Below, in pieces: positions 25,958 through 35,501 of a stretch of DNA of 64,000 nt. The notes under the pieces were generated by a model. That model was given only the letters and a program-made list of their open reading frames with translations. It had not been told where the DNA came from and did not search any database. The first letter of the stretch is position 1; every line of letters begins with the position of its first letter. The stretch spans positions 103,456 to 167,455 of the forward strand of contig CAZXGB010000001.1 of NCBI GenBank assembly GCA_964640005.1, written 5' to 3'. Source of the DNA: an uncultured Actinomycetes bacterium. Its GTDB lineage: Bacteria > Chloroflexota > Dormibacteria > Dormibacterales > Dormibacteraceae. The position numbers and the translations under genes are program-made.

Positions 25958-28489
25958 GTGGGTAAGTCAAACGGACGGTCGGTTGGGGCCCGTGGACGCG
26001 TCCGTGTCGACGGCAAGTTTCTTGCCCTGGACGGTGAGCGTTTCACCGTCCGCGGTGTGACCTATGGCACCTTTGCGCCTCGCGCCGACGGCGCCCTGTA
26101 CCCCGACACGGAGCAGATTCGCGCGGATCTCGAGGCGATGCGGTCGGCCGGATTCAACACGCTCCGCACCTACACCGCGCCGCCTCCCGACCTCCTGAGC
26201 ATCGCGGCCGAGCAGGACCTGCACGTCATCGCCGGCATCTTCTATCCCGACTGGCGATACCTCGTCGGCGACGGGCGGCGACGCCGGGCGCGCATCGCGT
26301 CCGAGGCCGCGGCGCAGGTGAGGGCGGACATGAAGCGGCTGGCGGGCCATGCCGAGGTCCTCGCCGTCTGCATCGGAAACGAGGTCCCCGCGGATGCGAT
26401 TCGCTGGGTGGGAAAGGGCGCTGTCGCGTCCGTGCTGGAAGGCCTCGCCGACCTGGCGCACGGGATCGATCCCGGGATGCTCGTCACCTACGGCGGCTAC
26501 CCCACGGGCGAGTACCTGACGCTCGAGCGTACAGACGTCGTCATGTTCAACGTCTTCCTCGAGCGGAGTGAGGACTTCCGCCGTTACCTGAACCGCCTCC
26601 ACAACCTCGCCGGCGACCGGCCGCTGCTGCTGGGTGAGCTCGGGCTGCACGCCGGGGCTTCGGCCGCCGACGAGGAGGCGCAGGCCGTGCTGATCGAGGA
26701 GCAGGTGAAGGTGGCGCTCGAGCGCGGCGCGGCCGGCACATGCCTGTTCTCCTGGACGGACGACTGGCACGTCGGAGGGAATCGGGTCGAGGGGTGGAGG
26801 TTCGGACTGACCCGCGCCGATCGCACCCCCCGGAGTGCGCTCGCCCGCGCGGCGAAGGCCCAGGCGATGACCGTCCGCGACCTGGACTGGGCGTGGCCCT
26901 CGATGAGCGTCGTGATCTGCGCGTGGAACTCGGCCGCGACGATCGACGAATGCCTGCAGCACGTTTGCGCGCTCGATTACCCGAACCTCGAGGTGATCGT
27001 GGTCGACGACGGCTCGACCGACGCGACCGCGGAGATCGCACGCCGCCACCGGCGGGTGCGTGTGCTCTCGGTGCCGCACGCCGGTCTGTCGGTGGCGCGG
27101 AACGCGGGCCTGGCCGCGGCCCGGGGCGACGTCGTCGCGTATCTGGACGCGGATGCATATCCCTCGCCCGAGTGGCCGTACTACCTGGCGCTCGGCATGG
27201 ACCGCGCCAACGTCGCCGCCGTGGGCGGCCCCAACCTGCCTCCCCCATCAGACCCGCTCAAGGCGCAGGCCGTGGCGCGGGCCCCGGGCGGCCCCTCGCA
27301 CGTGCTGCTCACGGACGACCGGGCCGAGCACATTCCCGGCTGCAACATGGCGTTCTGGCGGCAGATGGTGATCGAGATCGGGGGCTTCGACCCGATCTAC
27401 ACCGCGGCGGGCGACGACGTCGACCTCTGCTGGCGGCTGCTCGACCGCGGATACGCGATCGCCTTCCATCCGGCCGCGACCGTCTGGCACCACCGTCGCG
27501 GCGGCCGGCGCGCGTATCTGCGCCAGCAGCAGGGCTACGGGCGGGCTGAAACCCTCGTCGCCGCCCGCCACCCCGACCGTTTCACGAGCCTGGGCGGAGC
27601 GAGATGGCGCGGCGCCCTCTACAACGGCTTCCCACCGCTGCTCGCCCGCCAGCCGGTGTACCGCGGCCGCTTCGGCACGGCCGCCTTCCAGTCGATCTAC
27701 CGCGGCCAGGACCATTCCTTCGACCTGGCGCACCAGGCCGGCATCCCGCTGGCCGTGGCCCTCGTGCCCTTCCTCCTCAGCAACGTGCCCGGGATTCGCG
27801 GCGCGGGGCTGGTGGCGCTCGGGCTGATCGCCGGCCTGTTCGCGGTCGACGCGGCGCGGATCCGGCCTCCTCGCACCATGCCCCGCCTGAGCCTCGGCTT
27901 CCGGCTCGAGGTCGCGACCCTTTTCGTGCTGCAGCCGGTGGCCCGCCTGCTCGGCCGCCTGGCGTACTTCGACGACGCGAGCCGCGGCGTGCAGGCCGCC
28001 CCGTGGAGCAGCGCGGGATGGGCGACGCGAAAGCGAAACATGGTCATGGTCGCGACGCAGACGCCGCGCGTCGACCTGGCGGCGGAGCTGGTGCGGCACT
28101 TCCGGCGTAGGAGCTTCGCGGTCATCACCTCCACCGGCTGGGAGGAGCACGACTGCCGGGTGCTCGCCTCCACGCTGGTGGCCGGCGACGTCACCTCGAC
28201 GGCGCACGTGCCCGGCGTGGTCCAGTTCCGCGCCCGGAGCCGGCTCCGCGCGGCGCCGCTGGCGGGATTCCTGGTCCTGGCCGCGCTCGCGGCGACCGCC
28301 ACTCCGATCGCCGCGCTCATCGTGCTGCTCGCGGTCGGGGTCGAGCTGGCGCGAGGTTTGTGGTGCACGTGGTTCGTCATTCCATCCCTCGTGGTCGAGG
28401 CGATCGGCGTCACGCGCCAGGGGGCCGCTCACCCCGCGGAGGGCGCGATCACGTCCACCCCGCGCATCGGGGAGACGGCCAACTCATGA
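25958..28489 (+). CDS. Fusion protein: clan GH-A (GH2-TIM-like) hydrolase domain + GT2 glycosyltransferase + C-terminal membrane domain
   Basis: N-terminal part: FTVRGVTYG, FNTLRTY, CIGNEVP, LLLGELG. GT2 part: MSVVICAWNS, VIVVDDGSTD, AYLDADAY, GCNMAFWR, GDDVDLCWR. Several hydrophobic segments follow residue ~590. GTG 25958 is the start, and the stop overlaps the next start (ATGA). Confidence 0.85.
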   Translation: MGKSNGRSVGARGRVRVDGKFLALDGERFTVRGVTYGTFAPRADGALYPDTEQIRADLEAMRSAGFNTLRTYTAPPPDLLSIAAEQDLHVIAGIFYPDWRYLVGDGRRRRARIASEAAAQVRADMKRLAGHAEVLAVCIGNEVPADAIRWVGKGAVASVLEGLADLAHGIDPGMLVTYGGYPTGEYLTLERTDVVMFNVFLERSEDFRRYLNRLHNLAGDRPLLLGELGLHAGASAADEEAQAVLIEEQVKVALERGAAGTCLFSWTDDWHVGGNRVEGWRFGLTRADRTPRSALARAAKAQAMTVRDLDWAWPSMSVVICAWNSAATIDECLQHVCALDYPNLEVIVVDDGSTDATAEIARRHRRVRVLSVPHAGLSVARNAGLAAARGDVVAYLDADAYPSPEWPYYLALGMDRANVAAVGGPNLPPPSDPLKAQAVARAPGGPSHVLLTDDRAEHIPGCNMAFWRQMVIEIGGFDPIYTAAGDDVDLCWRLLDRGYAIAFHPAATVWHHRRGGRRAYLRQQQGYGRAETLVAARHPDRFTSLGGARWRGALYNGFPPLLARQPVYRGRFGTAAFQSIYRGQDHSFDLAHQAGIPLAVALVPFLLSNVPGIRGAGLVALGLIAGLFAVDAARIRPPRTMPRLSLGFRLEVATLFVLQPVARLLGRLAYFDDASRGVQAAPWSSAGWATRKRNMVMVATQTPRVDLAAELVRHFRRRSFAVITSTGWEEHDCRVLASTLVAGDVTSTAHVPGVVQFRARSRLRAAPLAGFLVLAALAATATPIAALIVLLAVGVELARGLWCTWFVIPSLVVEAIGVTRQGAAHPAEGAITSTPRIGETANS

Positions 28490-31400
28490 TCCGGCGCTAC
28501 TGGCGCGCAGCGTGGACCTTCGTGCCGTACCTGGGCCGCTACAAGCGGCTGGCGGCGGGATCGATCGTGCTCACGGTGTTCGGCGCGCTGGCCGACCTGG
28601 CCTCGCCGTGGCCCTTCGCCCTCCTGGTCGGCTACGTGCTGGTGCGCAAGCCCCCGCCCGCGCCCATCAGCGACATCTTCGGCCTCAACGCCGGCGTGCT
28701 GATCACGGCGGCGGTGACCGGTGGCTTCCTCCTCGTTTTCATCGTGCACGGCATCGCGGTGCTCAGCGAATGGATCAACACCAGGCTCGACCTGTCCATC
28801 GCGCTGGACTTCCGGAGCCGGCTGTTCGCGCACTGCCTCGAGCTGAGCGACTGCTTCACGGACGAGGCGGCGCCCGGTGACTTCATGTACCGCATCAACT
28901 ACGAGGCGCGGTCCGTCGGCGCGATGGCGGTCGCGGTCCCACCGCTGGCGCAGAGCCTGATCACACTGATCGGCTATTTCGTGATCGCGCTGAGCCTCGA
29001 TCCCGTGCTCGCGCTGCTGGCGCTGACGGTCGTGCCCTTCATCTACTACTCGACCGGCTATTACGCGAAGCGCATCGAGCCGCGCCTGGTCACGGTCCGG
29101 GGCCTGGAGGGCATCTCGCTGACGATGGTCAACACAGCGATGTCGATGATCCACGTCATCACGTCGTTCAACCGGCAGCGCGACGAGCACCTCCGCTTCA
29201 GACACCAGGGCGAGCGCGCGCGGGACATGCGCGTCGGCGTGACGGTGCGCCAGACGGTCTTCTCTCTGGTGGTCGCCCTGATCACGGCCGGCGGCACCGC
29301 GGCCGTGCTGTACGAGGGAGCGCAGCACGTGCTCAGCGGGCGCACGTCCATCGCCGCGCTCCTGGTGCTGATGGCGTACATCGCGTCGATGTACAAGCCG
29401 CTCGAGGCCCTGGCGCACACGGCCTCCCAACTCCAGGTGCTCTGCGTGAGCATCATGTTCTCCCGCCAGCTGCTCGAGCGGCAGCCGCTGGTCACCGAGC
29501 GGCACGGCGCCGTCGACATCCAGCGGGTCGCGGGCCACGTGCGATTCAAGCAGGTCGGCTTCGATTACCCGGGCCGGTCCGGAATCCTGCAGGACATCGA
29601 CTTCGAGGTCCAGCCGGGCGAGATGGTGGCCGTCGTGGGCATTACCGGCGCGGGCAAATCGACGATGCTTCAGCTGCTGCCGCGCTTCTTCGATCCGACG
29701 ACGGGCTCGATCGAGATCGACGGGCACGACCTGAGGGACCTCAAGCTCATGTCACTCCGTCACCAGATCGCGATGGTCAGACAGGAGCCGCTGCTGTTCC
29801 CGCGCAGCGTCGCGGAGAACATCGGCTACGCCAGGCCCGACGCGACGATGGAGGAGATCCAGGCCGCGGCCAGGGCTGCCAACGCTCACGACTTCATCGA
29901 GGCCCTTCCGCTCGGATACGAGACGGTGCTGGGCGAGCGGGGCGCGCGCATCTCCGGCGGCGAGAGGCAGCGCATCGCGCTGGCCCGGGCGTTTCTGAAG
30001 GACGCGCCGATCCTCGTGCTCGATGAGCCCACCTCTTCGATCGACTCGCAGACCGAGGCCGGGATCCTCGAGGCGCTGGAGCGCCTGACCGCCGGGCGGA
30101 CCACGTTCATTGCCGCGCACCGGCTGTCCACCATCCGGGCGGCGGACCGAGTGCTCGTGCTCGATCACGGGCGGCTGATCGAGAACGGCACGCCCGCCGA
30201 GTTGATGGGGAGGGACGGCCAGTTCGCCATGTTCAGCCGGCTGCAGAGCTTCGTCCCCAACCGTGAGGCGGCCGGCGCGAACGGCGCGAACGGGCACCAT
30301 ACCGTCGGGGAAGAGGAGCCGGAGGAGATCGCGGCCCCGAAGGCCGGCCGGCTCCTCGAGCGCAACACGCTGGTGCAGCTGGTCGACCGGGCCCAGACCC
30401 GCGGCGGCCGATACACCGGCAGCATCCGGTTGAAGCACCGGAAGGGAAGCGGAGTGATCTTCGCCGAGAACGGCGATTTTCACTCAGCCGACGGCGAGCT
30501 GGCCTCGGGCGACGAGCTCGTGATCCTCGCCCTGACGTGGCGGGACGACGAGTTCACTCTGACCATCGACCCCGAGGCTCCCCTGCCGGGAACCCGGAAC
30601 ATCACGATGTCGTACCGCGACATGCTGGCCGAGGCCGCCCGCCGGCAGACGGCGGCCTGGAGGCCGGGCCGCTCCGGTCGCGGGCGAAAGACGGCCGCGC
30701 CCGCCCCGCCCGCCCCGCCCGCGCCCCGGACCCCGGCGACCGAGCCGCCGGCCAGGCCGCAGCCGCCGCCCGCGCTCACCCTCTCCGTCGCCCTGCCGTC
30801 CACGCGGCCCAGCGTCGTCCTCCTGGGCAGCATGAGCCCGATGCCGGTCGGCGGCGTCATCTGGCAGACCCTGCAGTACATCGTCGGCTTCCAGCGCTTG
30901 GGCTATGACGTGTACTACGTCGAGACGCACGGCCGCTACCCGCACGAGATCACGCGGCGCTCAGACGAGGACGGCACCGCGCTCGCGGTCGAATTGATCC
31001 GTTCGGCGATGGCCAGAGTGAACATGGCCGGCCGGTGGTGTTACGTCGACGTGCACAACGAAGAGCGGCACCACGGAATGACGAAGGCCGAGCTCGATCG
31101 TCGCTACGAGGAGGCCGCGGCGCTGATCAACCTCCACGGCGGCACAGTCCCGCTGCCTCAGCACACAAAAACGGGGCGCCTCGTCTACCTGGAGACGGAC
31201 CCGGTGCCGATCCAGGTGGGAGTGGCCAACGGCAACCAGGTCGACATCGACTTCCTGGCTATGCACGACGCGCATTTCTCGTACGGCGAGAACTACGGCG
31301 CGCCCGACTGCCGCGTCCCGCAGTCGCCTCGCTTCGACTTTCAGCCCACGCGACAGCCGATCGTGCTCGAGTACTGGCCGTTTGCCGGCCAGACGTCACG

Positions 31401-31998
31401 GCCGTTCACCAGCGTCGGCAACTGGAACCAGCATCAGGACGTGACGCTCGACGGCGAGATTTACACGTGGAGCAAGCGGGTCGAGTTCCTGAAGTTCATC
31501 GACCTGCCGCGCCGGTCCGGCGCGCGCATGGAGCTCGCGCTGTCGCAGTGCGGACCCGACGATGCCGCGCTGCTGCGGGTCCACGGCTGGAACGTGCTCG
31601 ACGCGCTCGAGTTCTCGTACGACGCGGACGCCTACCGCGCGTATATCGCGGGCTCGCGCGCGGAGTTCACCGTCGCCAAGGACCAGAACGTGAGGCTGCG
31701 CAGCGGCTGGTTCAGCGACCGCAGCGCGAGCTACCTCGCCTCGGGCCGGCCGGTGGTCACGCAGGACACCGCGTTCGGCAACATCCTTCCGACCGGCGCC
31801 GGACTATTCGCCTTCTCGACCATGCAGGAGGCGGCGGAGGCGGTCAGGCGCATCGAGTCCGACTACGACCGGCAGCGGCGGGCCGCCCGCCGGATCGCCG
31901 AGGAGTGGTTCGACTCGGACATCGTGCTCGGCCGCCTGCTGCGCGATCTCGGCCTGCCCGTCACAGGCCGGCGCCGCACCCTCGCCGCGGCCCGCTAG
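28486..31998 (+). CDS. Tripartite fusion: type-1 ABC exporter (TMD+NBD) + DUF4388/PATAN-like domain + Pro-rich linker + GT-B-like domain (paralogue family)
   Basis: Six N-terminal TM segments. Walker A GITGAGKST, signature ISGGERQRIALARA, Walker B ILVLDEPTS, H-loop IAAHRL (to about 30250). The segment at 30343-30570, YTGSIRLKHRKGSGVIFAENGDFHSA...ELVILALTWRDDEFTL, reads as DUF4388-like. PAPPAPPAP linker at 30685-30774. From 30808 to the end it is homologous to 33256-34392, 34389-35501 and 42124-43296. Confidence 0.9.
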   Translation: MIRRYWRAAWTFVPYLGRYKRLAAGSIVLTVFGALADLASPWPFALLVGYVLVRKPPPAPISDIFGLNAGVLITAAVTGGFLLVFIVHGIAVLSEWINTRLDLSIALDFRSRLFAHCLELSDCFTDEAAPGDFMYRINYEARSVGAMAVAVPPLAQSLITLIGYFVIALSLDPVLALLALTVVPFIYYSTGYYAKRIEPRLVTVRGLEGISLTMVNTAMSMIHVITSFNRQRDEHLRFRHQGERARDMRVGVTVRQTVFSLVVALITAGGTAAVLYEGAQHVLSGRTSIAALLVLMAYIASMYKPLEALAHTASQLQVLCVSIMFSRQLLERQPLVTERHGAVDIQRVAGHVRFKQVGFDYPGRSGILQDIDFEVQPGEMVAVVGITGAGKSTMLQLLPRFFDPTTGSIEIDGHDLRDLKLMSLRHQIAMVRQEPLLFPRSVAENIGYARPDATMEEIQAAARAANAHDFIEALPLGYETVLGERGARISGGERQRIALARAFLKDAPILVLDEPTSSIDSQTEAGILEALERLTAGRTTFIAAHRLSTIRAADRVLVLDHGRLIENGTPAELMGRDGQFAMFSRLQSFVPNREAAGANGANGHHTVGEEEPEEIAAPKAGRLLERNTLVQLVDRAQTRGGRYTGSIRLKHRKGSGVIFAENGDFHSADGELASGDELVILALTWRDDEFTLTIDPEAPLPGTRNITMSYRDMLAEAARRQTAAWRPGRSGRGRKTAAPAPPAPPAPRTPATEPPARPQPPPALTLSVALPSTRPSVVLLGSMSPMPVGGVIWQTLQYIVGFQRLGYDVYYVETHGRYPHEITRRSDEDGTALAVELIRSAMARVNMAGRWCYVDVHNEERHHGMTKAELDRRYEEAAALINLHGGTVPLPQHTKTGRLVYLETDPVPIQVGVANGNQVDIDFLAMHDAHFSYGENYGAPDCRVPQSPRFDFQPTRQPIVLEYWPFAGQTSRPFTSVGNWNQHQDVTLDGEIYTWSKRVEFLKFIDLPRRSGARMELALSQCGPDDAALLRVHGWNVLDALEFSYDADAYRAYIAGSRAEFTVAKDQNVRLRSGWFSDRSASYLASGRPVVTQDTAFGNILPTGAGLFAFSTMQEAAEAVRRIESDYDRQRRAARRIAEEWFDSDIVLGRLLRDLGLPVTGRRRTLAAAR

Positions 31999-32002
31999 GG
32001 CG

Positions 32003-33259
32003 ATGTCTGGAGCCGCTTTCCCGCCAGACCTGGACCTGCGGCTGGTGTCCAAGCGCCCGGCCAGGCTTGCGGCCGAGACCGAGCGGTTCGTGCTGGACGC
32101 GCCGGCTCCGGCGCCTCCCGCGCCGGCCCCGGCGGGCGAGCCTGCGGCGTCGATCGTGGTGCTCACGCACGACAACCTGGCGTTCTCCCGGCTCTGCCTG
32201 GAGAGCGTGCTGGCGTCGCCTGAGCAATGTCCCTTCGAGCTGGTCGTGGTCGACAACGCATCGCGGGACGGCACCCCGGCCTACCTGCTCGAGCTCGCGG
32301 CGCGCGACGCCCGCGTGCGTCCGATCCTCCTGGGCACCAATCTCGGCTTTGCGGCCGGCGTGAACCTCGGACTGGACGCGGCGCTGGGCGGCGCCTTCGT
32401 CCTGCTGAACAACGACACCGTGGTGGCCCCCGGCTGGCTGACGCGGCTGCTGCGCCACCTGGACGAGCCCTCGGTCGGCCTCGCCGGCCCGGTGACAAAC
32501 GAAGCTCCGGGCCTGGCCCGCGTCGGCGTCTCCTACCGGACGTACGGCGAGTTCCTCGAGGCCGCGCGCGCCCGCGGCCGCGAAGGCGCTGGGGTCGATA
32601 CGGACCGGCTGACGCTGTTCTGCGCCGCGCTCAAGCGATCGGTGTACGAAGCGGTCGGCCCGCTGGACGAGCGCTTTGCCGTCGGGATGTTCGAGGACGA
32701 CGACTACTGCCTGCGCATCGAGGCCGCGGGCCTGAGGTGCCGGCTGGCGGAGGACGTGCTGGTCCACCACTTCGGCGAGGCGTCGTTCGGGCGGCTCGTG
32801 AGCGGAGGGGCGTGGAAGTCGATCTTCGCCGCGAACCGGCTGCGCTTCGAGGAGAAGTGGGACCGCGAATGGCCCGGGCACACCGCCCGCGACGAGCCCT
32901 CGTACCTGGACCTCGTGCGGCGCATGCGGTCGCTGGTCGAGACGCTTCCCGATAGCGCGCGCGTGCTCGTGGCGACCCGCGGCGACGACCGCATGTGCGC
33001 CATCCCGGGCCACACCGCGGGCCACTTCCCGCAGCTCCCCGACGGCACGTACGCGGGCAGCTACCCGGCGGACGACGACGCCGCGATCCGGCAGCTCGAG
33101 GATCTGCGCTCGCGCGGATGGACGCACATCGCGCTTCCCAACCCCGCGCGCTGGTGGCTCGACCACTATCCGCTCATGTCGCTGCACCTGGAGCGCTCCG
33201 GGGGCGCCGTGCTGGACGACCCGGCCACAGGCGTCGTGTTCCGGCTGGCGCCGTCGTGA
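32003..33259 (+). CDS. GT2 glycosyltransferase with C-terminal ~115-aa accessory module
   Basis: SIVVLTHDNL, VVVDNASRDGT, LLNNDTVV, FEDDDYCLR. The C-terminal module is homologous to the repeats of 48409-49131. Confidence 0.85.
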   Translation: MSGAAFPPDLDLRLVSKRPARLAAETERFVLDAPAPAPPAPAPAGEPAASIVVLTHDNLAFSRLCLESVLASPEQCPFELVVVDNASRDGTPAYLLELAARDARVRPILLGTNLGFAAGVNLGLDAALGGAFVLLNNDTVVAPGWLTRLLRHLDEPSVGLAGPVTNEAPGLARVGVSYRTYGEFLEAARARGREGAGVDTDRLTLFCAALKRSVYEAVGPLDERFAVGMFEDDDYCLRIEAAGLRCRLAEDVLVHHFGEASFGRLVSGGAWKSIFAANRLRFEEKWDREWPGHTARDEPSYLDLVRRMRSLVETLPDSARVLVATRGDDRMCAIPGHTAGHFPQLPDGTYAGSYPADDDAAIRQLEDLRSRGWTHIALPNPARWWLDHYPLMSLHLERSGGAVLDDPATGVVFRLAPS

Positions 33260-34392
33260 GCATCGCGATCGTCGCGAGCGCCCTGGCCAACAAGCCGCGC
33301 AACGGCGGCTTCGCCTGGGTGCCCCTGTCGTATGCCCTCGGTCTGCGCCGCCTTGGATTCGACGTGTACCTGTTCGAGCAGATGCGGACCGAGGGCCCGG
33401 CCGGCCCGGAGTTCTTCCAGGACGTCGCGCGGGATTTCGGCTTCGAAGGGCGCAGTGCGCTGCTGCAGGGTGAGCGGGCCCTCGCGGGGCTCGAGCCTAC
33501 GCGGGTACGTGAGGTCGCCGTGGAGGCCGAGCTCCTGGTCAACGTCAGCGGCCACGCGACGCTCGACTGGATCGTGAACGGGCCGCGGCGGGCGGTGTAC
33601 ATCGACACCGATCCCGGCTTCACGCAGGTCTGGCACCGCGACGGCCTGCTGCACCGCAGCATCGCCGAGCACGACGTCTTCTTCTCGGTCGGCTGCAACC
33701 TCGGCCGCGGCGGCTCGTCCTCGGTGCCAGAGGACGGCGTGGACTGGTGGCCCCTTCCGCCTCCGGTCGTGCTCGACGAATGGCCCGTGGTCGAGGAGCC
33801 GGCCGGTGAGGATGTCCGTTTCACCACCGTGTCCACGTGGCGCTGTCCGTCGGGGACGGTCAGCCTCGACGGAGTGACCGACCTTCCGGCCAAGCATCAC
33901 GAGTTCCGCAAGCTGCGGACGCTCCCGGGGCTGGCGCCCCGGGCGCGCTTCGAGATCGCCCTCGACATCGCGCCCCAGGACGCGGCCGATCGGGACGCGC
34001 TCCTGTCGGGCGGCTGGTCGCTCGTCGACCCGGACGCCGTGGCCGGCGACCCCGCCTCGTTCCGGCGGTACGTCGGAGGGTCGGGTGCGGAGCTCTCGCC
34101 CGTCCAGGGTGTGTACTCCGCGGCGAGAACGGGGTGGATCAGCGATCGCAGCGTCCGCTACCTCGCCAGCGGGCGGCCGGTGCTGGTCCAGGACACGGGC
34201 GTATCGCCCGATATCGCGCGCGGCGAAGGCCTGCTCACCTTCACGGATTTGGCGGAGGCTCGCTCGCAGGCCGAGCGGATCCTGTCCGACTACGGCGCCC
34301 ACGCGGCGGCGGCCCGGGACCTCGCCGAGACCGTCTTCGACTCGGACCGGGTGCTCGGCGAGATGCTCGAGCGGGCGGGCGCGAAGCCGTGA
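33256..34392 (+). CDS. GT-B-fold-like putative glycosyltransferase (unassigned family, CgeB/Glyco_trans_1_2-like C-terminus), paralogue 2
   Basis: GTG 33256 overlaps the upstream stop (GTGA). N-terminus IAIVASAL..GGFAW..LGLRRLGFDV. Conserved blocks VYIDTDPGFTQVW, PPPVVLDEWP, GWISDRSVRYLASGRPVLVQDTG, GEGLLTF, FDSDRVLGEML. Confidence 0.7.
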   Translation: MSIAIVASALANKPRNGGFAWVPLSYALGLRRLGFDVYLFEQMRTEGPAGPEFFQDVARDFGFEGRSALLQGERALAGLEPTRVREVAVEAELLVNVSGHATLDWIVNGPRRAVYIDTDPGFTQVWHRDGLLHRSIAEHDVFFSVGCNLGRGGSSSVPEDGVDWWPLPPPVVLDEWPVVEEPAGEDVRFTTVSTWRCPSGTVSLDGVTDLPAKHHEFRKLRTLPGLAPRARFEIALDIAPQDAADRDALLSGGWSLVDPDAVAGDPASFRRYVGGSGAELSPVQGVYSAARTGWISDRSVRYLASGRPVLVQDTGVSPDIARGEGLLTFTDLAEARSQAERILSDYGAHAAAARDLAETVFDSDRVLGEMLERAGAKP

Positions 34393-35501
34393 GGGAAAGA
34401 AGGGGGACGGTCGCAATCGCCGGCGCGATCGCGCAGCGTCCCGGACGCGGCGGACATGCGTGGGTGTTCCTGCAGCACCTCCTCGGCCTGCGCCGGCTCG
34501 GCTGGGACGTGGTCTTCATCGACCGCGTCGAGCCGGGGATGGCGGCGGACGTCGATTACGTCGCCGCGGTGATGGACGAGTTCGAGATCCCTTATTCGGT
34601 GCTCGACGGCGCCGGCGGCGCGTTCGGCCTCGGCCGCGAGGCGCTCGCGCGCAGGTTGAAGGGCGCCGCCATGCTGGTGAACGTGATGGGCTATCTCGGA
34701 GACGAAGACCTCCTGGCGCTGCCCGAGCGGCGTGTCTTTCTCGACCTCGATCCGGGCTTCACGCAGATGTGGCACGCGCTGGGCCTCGCTCAGATGGTGC
34801 GCGGCCACGACGCGTACGTGACCGTCGGCGAGAACATCGGCCGCGAGGGCTGCGCCATCCCGACCTGCGGCGTGGAGTGGGTCACCACCCCGCCTCCGGT
34901 CGTGCTGGACGAATGGCCGTGGAGCGGCGAGGAGGGGCGCTCGGTCACCGGCATCGGAAGCTGGCGCGGCCCCTACGGGCCGGTCCGCTACGGCGACGTG
35001 GACTACGGCCTGCGCGTGCACGAGTTCAGAGCTTTCGCCGGCGTGCCCGCGCGCTGCGCGGCCCAGGCGTTCGAGTACGCGCTCGACATCGATCCGATGG
35101 AGGTCGCCGACGTCGACCTGCTGACGCGCGGCGGCTGGCGGCTGCTGCCCCCGGACGCGGTCGCGGCCACGCCGAGCCGGTACCGCGAGTTCGTTCAGGG
35201 CTCCATGGCCGAGTTCATGGTGGCGAAGGGCATGTACGTCAAGTCCCGCAGCGGCTGGTTCAGCGACCGCAGCGCGTGCTATCTCGCCAGCGGCAGGCCC
35301 GTCATCGCGCAGGACACCGGCGGCGCAAAGCACGAGGCGGGACTGCTCTCGTTCGCCACCGCGGAAGAGGCGGTCGAGGCGGTCGGCCAGGTGATGGCCG
35401 ACTACCCGCGCCACCGGCGCGCCGCGCGCGATATCGCCGAGGGCTGTTTCGACTCCGACCGCGTGCTCGGGCGGCTCGTCGACCGGGTGCTCGCGGCATG
35501 A
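34389..35501 (+). CDS. GT-B-fold-like putative glycosyltransferase, paralogue 3
   Basis: GTG 34389 overlaps the upstream stop (GTGA). It has the same conserved blocks (FLDLDPGFTQMW, PPPVVLDEWP, SGWFSDRSACYLASGRPVIAQDTG, FDSDRVLGRL). Confidence 0.7.
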   Translation: MRERRGTVAIAGAIAQRPGRGGHAWVFLQHLLGLRRLGWDVVFIDRVEPGMAADVDYVAAVMDEFEIPYSVLDGAGGAFGLGREALARRLKGAAMLVNVMGYLGDEDLLALPERRVFLDLDPGFTQMWHALGLAQMVRGHDAYVTVGENIGREGCAIPTCGVEWVTTPPPVVLDEWPWSGEEGRSVTGIGSWRGPYGPVRYGDVDYGLRVHEFRAFAGVPARCAAQAFEYALDIDPMEVADVDLLTRGGWRLLPPDAVAATPSRYREFVQGSMAEFMVAKGMYVKSRSGWFSDRSACYLASGRPVIAQDTGGAKHEAGLLSFATAEEAVEAVGQVMADYPRHRRAARDIAEGCFDSDRVLGRLVDRVLAA

